DNA from: an archaeon
GTDB lineage: Archaea > Nanobdellota > Nanobdellia > Woesearchaeales > GW2011-AR9
Length of the DNA stretch: 62,343 nt
Direction of reading: 5' to 3'
Assembly: GCA_002688265.1 (NCBI GenBank)
Contig: NZCK01000019.1
Span: 1-62,343 of the forward strand
In this document: positions 55,473 to 62,343 of the stretch, piece after piece
How positions within the stretch are numbered: the first letter of the stretch is position 1
Layout of the letters: every line of letters starts with the position of its first letter
Made by a program: the position numbers and the translations under genes
The notes under the pieces: model-generated
What the model was told of the DNA's origin: nothing
Seen by the model: the letters and a program-made list of their open reading frames with translations, nothing else
Databases searched by the model: none

Positions 55473-56654
55473 TCAAACAAGCAATTTCCTTTGCCACTCT
55501 CTTAAACAATCTCTCTTACCTGTGACAACAATCTCTAGCATTTGATCATTACAAGCAATTAAATGTCCCCTAATACCCAATTTCTCTGCAATTTTATTCC
55601 TCTTGGTTTCAAGAGCTTCATAATCTCTTTTTTGCTGAGCAGTCATTTTCTTTCTTGGCTTTGGAGGAACCATAATCTCAACACCTTTAGCAGATTGAAC
55701 TGCATCAGAAAATAGTTTAGTATTGCTTTTTATATATCGATTAGATTTTGGCATATATTTCCAAGCCCGCTCGGTTCTTGGAGGTTTCTTTGCAATCTCC
55801 ATCATCTGTTTAGTACCCAAAACATAATGCAAAGGTTTGTCATGCTTTTTTGCTAAATTGTCACGAAGTTGCCAAAGCTTAAGTAAAATAGCTCTTTGTT
55901 TATTATCTAAAGAACGGATTCCTTTCAGATCGTAAAAACTTTGCTCATGATATTTTAAGTTTTTGCCAGCGATTTCTTGACACTCTTGCTCGCACCAAGT
56001 AAGACGTTTCTTCTCTTTTAATTCTGCTACCAATTTTTTCTTAATGAAAATTAAATTATTAGTATCTCCAATAGCATAAGCAAGCATTTTTTCACTTAGA
56101 GGACGCCTAGTCCAATCGTAACGTTGAAATTTTTTCTCTGCTGTGATCTTACAATATGCTTCTAAGAGTGATGCTAAACCTAATTTCTCTTTTCCTATCA
56201 AGAGACAAGCCATTTGAGTATCAAAAACATTTTTTGGTCTTGATTTGTACTGGGTGTAGATAATCCTCAGATCAAAACTGTAATCATGCAGAATTTTTTC
56301 TATTTTTTCATCTTCTAAGATTTTTAGTAGAGGAAGTAGGCTTTGCCTAGTTGGGAATTTCATAGAATCAATTACAAAATGCTCTTTTGGCGTTGAAATT
56401 TGAATGAGACAGACGTATGTTCCATAATGATGCAAACCGTTTTCACATTCAATGTCGATTGCGAAACTCTTTACTTTAGAAAGTTCTTTGCAGCATTCTG
56501 TTAATCCTTTTTGGGTTGTGATGAATTTAAAGCAATTGTTGTCATCAGTATCTTTAGTTGCTTGTTTTTTAGCCGTTTGGCTGCTTTGAACCTTTTGTTT
56601 TTCTGTTTCCTTTGGCTTTTTTTGAATTCTTTTTATTTTATTGATTTTTATCAC
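55473..56654 (-). CDS. RNase D-like 3'-5' exonuclease (DEDDy) with HRDC domain
   Basis: FAIDIECE (DxE), LHDYSFDL, YAIGDTNNL (Y-x3-D). The HRDC-like region is LKLWQLRDNLAKKHDKPLHYVLGTKQMMEIA. Lysine-rich N-terminus. Confidence 0.75.
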   Translation of the reverse strand: MIKINKIKRIQKKPKETEKQKVQSSQTAKKQATKDTDDNNCFKFITTQKGLTECCKELSKVKSFAIDIECENGLHHYGTYVCLIQISTPKEHFVIDSMKFPTRQSLLPLLKILEDEKIEKILHDYSFDLRIIYTQYKSRPKNVFDTQMACLLIGKEKLGLASLLEAYCKITAEKKFQRYDWTRRPLSEKMLAYAIGDTNNLIFIKKKLVAELKEKKRLTWCEQECQEIAGKNLKYHEQSFYDLKGIRSLDNKQRAILLKLWQLRDNLAKKHDKPLHYVLGTKQMMEIAKKPPRTERAWKYMPKSNRYIKSNTKLFSDAVQSAKGVEIMVPPKPRKKMTAQQKRDYEALETKRNKIAEKLGIRGHLIACNDQMLEIVVTGKRDCLREWQRKLLV

Positions 56655-56812
56655 TTCAATTGCTTTAAAGAGGATAAACGGGACTTTTGCTTAAAAACCT
56701 GTTGATTTTTGTGGTTTTATTTCTAATAACATAAAGCTTTTTAATAAAATCCTTGTTTTTAAGTTTAGAGTGTGGTTTCTTGGTTGTTAATAAAAAGAAA
56801 AAAGAAAGAAAA

Positions 56813-57355
56813 ATGAGACAAATTGATATTCGGCCACAAACCATTCCTGATGATGTAAAAGCATATTTTGCAAGCACAGGAGTTAACCTTGACGATCATT
56901 TTGCTAGTTATTTTGAAACCGCTGTAGATTCTACTTTGTTATCAACAGATGGAATCTTTCCTTGTATAGGAGGAATATTTTATCGGCAAGGCCATTTAGG
57001 ATTAGGTCATTTTGATCCTTATCTTGAACCGCTCCTTGAAGAAATTGAAGAAAATGTTTTGCCAAGAATGAATTCTTATGGTACTGGACCAATTTCTTGT
57101 CGTTTTTTTACTGGGATTGGTTTTAGATCTAGGCCAAACGGATGGTGGGATTATGATCGATTTTCAGATAGAATCAAAGAAATAGATTTAAATTTTGATG
57201 AAGAAGGGTCAAGATTATTTGAATTATTGCATAATGAGATGATTTGGACAATAGATCAATTGCAGGCAAGACTTGTTGGTGATGATCTGAGAAAAGTTGA
57301 GATTAAAGTTAAATATTCTATTGGGCCAAGTGAAATGTTTAGATTTGAAATTTAA
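56813..57355 (+). CDS. Hypothetical protein
   Basis: Trimmed from the track start at 56753 to ATG 56813 (MRQIDIRPQT). No family recognised. Confidence 0.5.
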   Translation: MRQIDIRPQTIPDDVKAYFASTGVNLDDHFASYFETAVDSTLLSTDGIFPCIGGIFYRQGHLGLGHFDPYLEPLLEEIEENVLPRMNSYGTGPISCRFFTGIGFRSRPNGWWDYDRFSDRIKEIDLNFDEEGSRLFELLHNEMIWTIDQLQARLVGDDLRKVEIKVKYSIGPSEMFRFEI

Positions 57356-57376
57356 TTCTATTTTTGTTATCAATAA

Positions 57377-59353
57377 TTACTTCTTCTTATTCTCATACTC
57401 TCTAGTGTTTTGTTTGATTTCTAACTCTTTCTCCATACCCTTCAAAACTTCTCGTAAATCAATTGCTTTTTCGAAATCTAGATTCTCTGCTGCCTTTTTC
57501 ATATCAGCTTCGATCTCCAACATCTTCTGCTCTAATTGTCCTTTCCCAAGATGTTTAATACCTCTAACTTCACGAGTTTTCTCTGCAACTTCTTTAATAA
57601 TAGTTTTTGGAGTAATACTATGTTCTTTGTTGTACAATTCCTGTTTGCGTCTTCGCTGCTTAGTTATCGCAACCGCTCTTCGAATTGAATCAGTAATCTT
57701 ATCAGCAAAAAGAATCACATGGCCATTTGCGTTTCTTGCAGCTCGACCAATTGTTTGAATCAAACTCCGCTCATTTCTTAAAAAACCTTCCTTGTCTGCA
57801 TCCAAAATAGCAACCAAACTAACTTCAGGAATATCTAATCCTTCACGCAGTAGGTTAATCCCTACTAAAACGTCAAACTCACCTGCTCTTAGAGCCCTTA
57901 CAAGTTCAATTCGATCAAGACTTTGAATGTCGGAATGCATGTACCTAACTTTAATATCAGCTTTAGCAAAATAATCAGTTAAGTCTTCTGCCATCCTTTT
58001 AGTTAAAGTTGTGACCAAAACTCTTTCATTTCTTTTTGTTCTAATTGCTATTTCGTTAATCAAATCTTTAATCTGACCATCAATTGGTTTAACTTCAATC
58101 GTCGGATCCAAAAGACCAGTTGGTCGAATGATTAACGGAACTACTTGCCCTGATTTTTCTAATTCGTAATTTGCTGGAGTGGCTGACACGAAAACAACAT
58201 GTTTGAAGAATTTTTCAAACTCTTGGAATTTTAATGGCCGATTATCAAAAGCACTTGGGAGCCTAAAACCAAAATCGATTAGATTCTTCTTCCTAGCATA
58301 ATCTCCCTTGTACATAGCATTGGACTGAGGAATACTTTGGTGTGATTCGTCAATAATTAATAAGAAATCATCTGGAAAATAATTAAGCAAAGTGTGTGGT
58401 GGAGTACCTTCTTTTCTTCCTTCAAAATGCCGAGAATAATTTTCAATGCCAGAACAATAACCCAACTCTTCAATCATCTCTAAATCATATTTTACTCTTT
58501 GTTTAAGTCGCTGTTTTTCTAACTCCTGCAATTCTCTTAGCCTTTGTTTTAGTTCATCTCTAATTGCTTGAATAGCGTTAATAGTTTTTTCTTCAGGAAC
58601 CACAAATTGTTTAGCTGGGTAAATTGTGAACTCTTTGATATCTGCAACTTGCTCAGCTGTTACCTTATGCCGTTCAGTAATTTTATCTATTTCATTGTCC
58701 CAAAGTTCTATTCGAATGTAATTGTCATCATAAGGAGGATAAATTTCAATAGTGTCTCCTTTAATTCTAAACTGTCCAAATTCTAAACTGCTTGGGTTTC
58801 TCTCATATTGCATGGCAACCAACCTTCTGATAATTTGATACCGGGATATCTTTTGTTTGGTTTTGACTTTTAATGAAAGTGCTTTGAAATCTTCTGGATT
58901 TCCTAAACCATAAATGCATGAGATACTGGCTACTACAATCACATCTTTTCTGCTTAGAAGAGAGGCTGTAGTTCTAAGACGCATTTTTTCAATTTGTTCA
59001 TTGATACTAGCATCTTTTTCAATGTAAGTGTCACTCGTTGGAATGTAACTTTCTGGTTGATAGTAGTCATAGTAAGAAATGAAGTATTCTACTCTGTTTT
59101 CTGGAAACAATTCTTTGAACTCTGAGTATAACTGAGCAGCTAGTGTTTTGTTGTGTGCGAGAACTAAAGTTGCTTTACCTACTTTTTGGATTAAGTTGGC
59201 CATGCAAAAAGTTTTACCACTGCCAGTAATCCCTTGCAAAGTTTGCATAGGGTATTTATTGTAACCTTCTGCTAGCTTTTTTATGGCTTGAGGTTGTCCT
59301 CCAGCTGGCTGGAATTTGCTTTGGAGTTTGAATGGAGATTTGGAAATTGGCAT
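57377..59353 (-). CDS. uvrB: Excinuclease ABC subunit B
   Basis: GITGSGKTFCMANLI (Walker A), IIDESHQSIPQ (DEAD/DESH-like box), C-terminal UVR motif, 658 aa. Confidence 0.95.
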   Translation of the reverse strand: MPISKSPFKLQSKFQPAGGQPQAIKKLAEGYNKYPMQTLQGITGSGKTFCMANLIQKVGKATLVLAHNKTLAAQLYSEFKELFPENRVEYFISYYDYYQPESYIPTSDTYIEKDASINEQIEKMRLRTTASLLSRKDVIVVASISCIYGLGNPEDFKALSLKVKTKQKISRYQIIRRLVAMQYERNPSSLEFGQFRIKGDTIEIYPPYDDNYIRIELWDNEIDKITERHKVTAEQVADIKEFTIYPAKQFVVPEEKTINAIQAIRDELKQRLRELQELEKQRLKQRVKYDLEMIEELGYCSGIENYSRHFEGRKEGTPPHTLLNYFPDDFLLIIDESHQSIPQSNAMYKGDYARKKNLIDFGFRLPSAFDNRPLKFQEFEKFFKHVVFVSATPANYELEKSGQVVPLIIRPTGLLDPTIEVKPIDGQIKDLINEIAIRTKRNERVLVTTLTKRMAEDLTDYFAKADIKVRYMHSDIQSLDRIELVRALRAGEFDVLVGINLLREGLDIPEVSLVAILDADKEGFLRNERSLIQTIGRAARNANGHVILFADKITDSIRRAVAITKQRRRKQELYNKEHSITPKTIIKEVAEKTREVRGIKHLGKGQLEQKMLEIEADMKKAAENLDFEKAIDLREVLKGMEKELEIKQNTREYENKKK

Positions 59354-59423
59354 AGAACTTGTGTTTGTGATGCTGATTTATATGTGTTTGGTGGAGTTGT
59401 CTAGTGGGTATGAGAAATATGAA

Positions 59424-59987
59424 TTATAAATTTTGAGCCACAGCATAGACTGCGGCAACTGCTCCAACAGAACCTACAGTGACCACTGCAGCTAAACCTT
59501 TTTGAACAGTAGGACTTTGGTTTTTGATCATATCTGGAAGACGCCCATTTTCTTCAACACCAAACACTTCACGATAAGAGTCAATTAAATATCCTCCAGG
59601 ATATCCCATTACTGCTCCAGCAGCAGCAGTTGCCACGGTTGCAATAGCAATTTTCCTCCAATCAGTTTCTCCAGACATCCAATAGATTACTGGTTTTAAC
59701 CCCAAAACTGCTGTACCAGTAAAAAGTACATCATGTAATCCTTTTTTCCATTCTGCAGACTCTTCAGTTATACCTATCTTCCTCTTTGAAAAGTCACGAA
59801 TTTTGGTCAAACTTGCTAATCCTGCATAAGTTATTGCTGTACTAATTGCTCTAGAATTTAATGAAACACCAACAGTCATACCTGCCATCATTTCAAGTAC
59901 TGCATAGGTAGGGTTAGCTAATGAAACAATAGCAGTAGCATCTGATAGGTGCCTTGGTAACTCTCTCTTTATTATATCTTTAAGCAT
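59424..59987 (-). CDS. AlaE-like small exporter family membrane protein
   Basis: DATAIVSLANPTYAVLEMMAGMTVGVSLNSRAIS and ETDWRKIAIATVATAAAGAVMGYPGGYLIDSYREVFGV align by eye with E. coli AlaE as I recall it. Confidence 0.5.
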   Translation of the reverse strand: MLKDIIKRELPRHLSDATAIVSLANPTYAVLEMMAGMTVGVSLNSRAISTAITYAGLASLTKIRDFSKRKIGITEESAEWKKGLHDVLFTGTAVLGLKPVIYWMSGETDWRKIAIATVATAAAGAVMGYPGGYLIDSYREVFGVEENGRLPDMIKNQSPTVQKGLAAVVTVGSVGAVAAVYAVAQNL

Positions 59988-60079
59988 ATCACTGTTTTTT
60001 CAATGGTAATATATAAGTGTTTATAGTCTGTTGAATTAATTAGTCTTTATTGAGATGGAATTTTGTAAAGCCTAATTAT

Positions 60080-60394
60080 TTATGAGTTTAAGAAATCTAA
60101 CTTTTTAATTAACTCATTATAGATTATTTTTCTCTTAGATTCTGATAATGAAAATAATTTTTTCTTAATAAGTAATGATGAAATTGTAAATATGTAGTTT
60201 AGTTTAATTACACTGTTTTTAACAGCACCTTCTTTTTTTGTTAAAGGAATTCCATGCATCTTCGTATTGCTAGTAACCCCTGCCACGACAATGTTGTCAA
60301 ATTCTTTGAATAGTACAAGTGCAGGTCTGATTTTTACTTCAAAAGTATCAGGAAATTGAATCTTTGCAATAATAATATCACCTGCTTCTACCAT
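60080..60394 (-). CDS. mazF: MazF/PemK-family toxin (type II TA endoribonuclease)
   Basis: GDIIIAKIQFPD...KIRPALVL....VVAGVTSN...IPL is the PemK layout. It immediately follows a 77-aa ORF with no gap. Confidence 0.7.
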   Translation of the reverse strand: MVEAGDIIIAKIQFPDTFEVKIRPALVLFKEFDNIVVAGVTSNTKMHGIPLTKKEGAVKNSVIKLNYIFTISSLLIKKKLFSLSESKRKIIYNELIKKLDFLNS

Positions 60395-60628
60395 TTATAT
60401 AGTCTCCCAAATTTCATCTTCTTTGTTATCCCAAAGTTCTTGCATTTTTGCCTGCTGAATTTTATGCAGAAATTCATCATATTGGTTTTTACTCCTTGTT
60501 GATTTGAACACCTTAAGCATGTTTTTGATTAATTCATTGTATGTTTGTCTGGGGTATTCTCTTGCTTCTTTGAGAGCGTTGACAATTGATTTTTCTAATT
60601 GGATTGTTGTTATCTCTATTTTGATCAC
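60395..60628 (-). CDS. Putative antitoxin (possibly ribbon-helix-helix-like)
   Basis: 77-aa ORF whose stop abuts the toxin start (60395/60394). The N-terminal strand-like ITTIQLEKSIVNALKEA suggests this. Confidence 0.5.
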   Translation of the reverse strand: MIKIEITTIQLEKSIVNALKEAREYPRQTYNELIKNMLKVFKSTRSKNQYDEFLHKIQQAKMQELWDNKEDEIWETI

Positions 60629-60676
60629 CTATAGTCCACTATAGTGAGTCATATATATAAGGTTTTCAGTATTTTA

Positions 60677-61510
60677 CTATAAAGATATGTAATCCAATGG
60701 GCTTTGAACATTAATTATCATTGGTCTTGCTAAATGTAGATATCTCATTGTTGTATTAATTGAATTGTGGCCTAAAAGTGGTTGAACACTAGTAACAGGA
60801 TTACCTTGTTCTATCAAGTGTGTTGCAAAGGAATGCCTGAAAGTGTGTGGATGAATATTCTTTTTGATTCTTGCTCTTAGTTGTGCTTTTTTTACAATTG
60901 CTTGAATTGTTCTAGTGCTCAATTTTTTGTGTTTGTAATATGAAAAGAACAAATAATCATTGGATTCAAGTTGATTTTTATTGATCCATTTTTTTAATTG
61001 TAATTTAATTTTTTTGGCAATAATTATCGGGCGATCTTTTCTTCCTTTACCTTGTCTTACCCAAGCATAATTTTCATCTAGTTGTAAATCTTTTACTTTC
61101 ATATTTGTTAATTCACTTACTCTGATTCCTGTTGCATAAAGAAACTTTATCATAAGAAGATGCTTTGGGTTTTGAATTGCATTGAAAACTTTATGTAGTT
61201 CATTTTGTGTTAAAAATTCTGGAAGCCTTTTGATACGTTTTTGATATTCAATTTTAATAGTTAATGTTTTATGGAGAATCTTTTCATAAAAGAATTTTAA
61301 TGCTGAGAGATAGACATTGATTGTACTACTTGCTCTTTTCAATTCCATTAATCTGTGGATATATTTTTCAATATCTTTTTTCTTTAGTTTTATTGGATCA
61401 ATTCTAATTGTTCTAAAAAATTTTTGTAGACAATGTTGATATGTCTTTATAGTTCTGGGACTTAAGTTCAGTCTTAATCCTTTTTGTCTGACAAGTTCGT
61501 GAATGTTCAT
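60677..61510 (-). CDS. Tyrosine recombinase (XerA/XerC/XerD-like integrase)
   Basis: N-terminal SAM-like LSPRTIKTYQHCLQKFF. Catalytic region ATGIRVSEL ... HPHTFRHSFATHLIEQG ... LLGHNSINTTMRYLH (R..HxxR..H/Y). Confidence 0.85.
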   Translation of the reverse strand: MNIHELVRQKGLRLNLSPRTIKTYQHCLQKFFRTIRIDPIKLKKKDIEKYIHRLMELKRASSTINVYLSALKFFYEKILHKTLTIKIEYQKRIKRLPEFLTQNELHKVFNAIQNPKHLLMIKFLYATGIRVSELTNMKVKDLQLDENYAWVRQGKGRKDRPIIIAKKIKLQLKKWINKNQLESNDYLFFSYYKHKKLSTRTIQAIVKKAQLRARIKKNIHPHTFRHSFATHLIEQGNPVTSVQPLLGHNSINTTMRYLHLARPMIINVQSPLDYISL

Positions 61511-61793
61511 AAATTATTGATAGAAGAACTTCTTAATAACTCTTAGCTGAAGGTGGCCAGTGCCAGTGGGGAAATGCAGGTAAATGTATTTTGGATAAAT
61601 GGCTGTTTAGTAACTTATTGGTGGGTGCTCATAAAGTTGTTGTGGGCGTTAGAATATTGTGGTTAGGGGTCTTTAATAGTTAATATTTAGCCGAATTCGT
61701 ATAAGAGATGTTTCACGCAATTTGTCCATCACCTAAAGTAAAAGTACGCTACGCTAAAAATTAAGAACTCTAAAGTTGGCGCCTTGTGGATGT

Positions 61794-62342
61794 CTACTCT
61801 ATGAATCCGTAATCAATATCCCAAGAACATGAATCCTTTGTATATCCATCCAATATTTTTTCACAAATAGCTTTATCTTTCATTACAAATGCTACTTTTC
61901 TAAAACACTCATCTTTCTTTCCTAAACTAACAATATTCTCGCAAATTGATACATCTTGTGTTTCTTCTGCTACCAATATTAAACAATCAAGTTTCATTGA
62001 AGCATCCTGAATTTTATTACATGATTCCTCTGTCTTTTCAAAAGAAGCCAAACACCAATTCTTTACATCTGCATTTTCAACTTGCTGACAAAGATTTTTA
62101 TCATTATTCGCTAAAGCAACTTCTCTAAAGCATTCATCTTTCGTATTTCCAAATAATTCTAAAGTAGATTCTGCTGTTATTTCACTACAAATAGTTCCAT
62201 CTTGTTTAGCAACAGCAACTCCTTTAAGACATTGATTTTTGTTATACTCTTCACTAATTTTATCACAAACTGCTTTATCTTGTTTTACTTTAGCAACCTC
62301 AATAATACATGGCTCTTTTGTAAATTCGTCAGTTATTTCTTC
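61794..62342 (-). CDS. Cys-repeat protein (partial; N-terminus beyond the window edge)
   Basis: The frame stays open from 62342 down to TAG at 61794-61796. About 7 repeats of [KD]xxC-x5-VA-x3-5-D-x3-C-xx-I, for example KEPCIIEVAKVKQDKAVCDKI, KNQCLKGVAVAKQDGTICSEI and KDECFRKVAFVMKDKAICEKI. Confidence 0.65.
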   Translation of the reverse strand, partial: EEITDEFTKEPCIIEVAKVKQDKAVCDKISEEYNKNQCLKGVAVAKQDGTICSEITAESTLELFGNTKDECFREVALANNDKNLCQQVENADVKNWCLASFEKTEESCNKIQDASMKLDCLILVAEETQDVSICENIVSLGKKDECFRKVAFVMKDKAICEKILDGYTKDSCSWDIDYGFIE

Positions 62343-62343
62343 A

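Noticed and set aside
60677-61510. Calling the tyrosine recombinase a prophage or integrative-element integrase
   Set aside because: At 277 aa with a Xer-like layout, it is equally compatible with the housekeeping archaeal XerA. No att repeats, capsid or replication genes are visible. It is kept only as a hypothesis in the findings.
1-62343. CRISPR arrays, rRNA genes, transposases/IS elements, reverse transcriptase/DGR components
   Set aside because: No regularly spaced direct repeats, no rRNA-like conserved stretches, and no DDE/HUH transposase or RT (YxDD) motifs were seen in any listed ORF. The variable surface-protein paralogs have no nearby template repeat or RT, so a DGR explanation is unsupported within this window.

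Overview
This is a gene-dense, low-GC fragment (roughly one-third GC by eye) with about 60 genes. It looks archaeal and DPANN-like. Supporting evidence includes ribosomal protein L15e, RtcB, a Sec11/SipW-type signal peptidase, a NurA-like nuclease, a split Alg14/Alg13 pair, many lysine-rich low-complexity inserts, TTTATATA-type promoters 25-40 nt before start codons, and oligo-T terminators. Recognisable content is fermentative and salvage metabolism (pflB, pflA, xfp-ackA, glnA, hppA, pyrD, a nucleoside phosphorylase), information processing (ileS, rtcB, an RNase D-like gene, bacterial-type uvrA, uvrB and uvrC), and cell-surface functions. No rRNA, convincing tRNA, CRISPR array or transposase was seen.

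The observations most worth follow-up are:
1. At least five GC-rich, helix-closed intergenic elements of about 65-170 nt are mutually similar and all lie in one orientation. One sits between alg14 and alg13, and others abut the rpl15e and uvrA start codons.
2. A three-copy secreted Cys-rich protein family has near-identical 5' ends and variable cores. One copy lies next to an unusual signal peptidase I.
3. A single 787-aa ORF fuses a pore-less voltage-sensor-like domain, an APC permease and a degenerate methyltransferase-like domain.
4. An ADP-ribosylglycohydrolase is fused to a phosphoribosyltransferase.
5. A fic gene is bracketed by repeated GGTG(T/A)CCAC motifs inside a Fic/PLD/YiiX/2H/NurA cluster.
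6. There is an ArmA/Rmt-like 16S rRNA methyltransferase homolog, a Mesh1/SpoT-like HD hydrolase, and several orphan acidic proteins.

All family calls come from motifs read by eye and from memory. No searches or computations were run, and the ORF track uses ATG/GTG/TTG starts, so several N-termini were trimmed.
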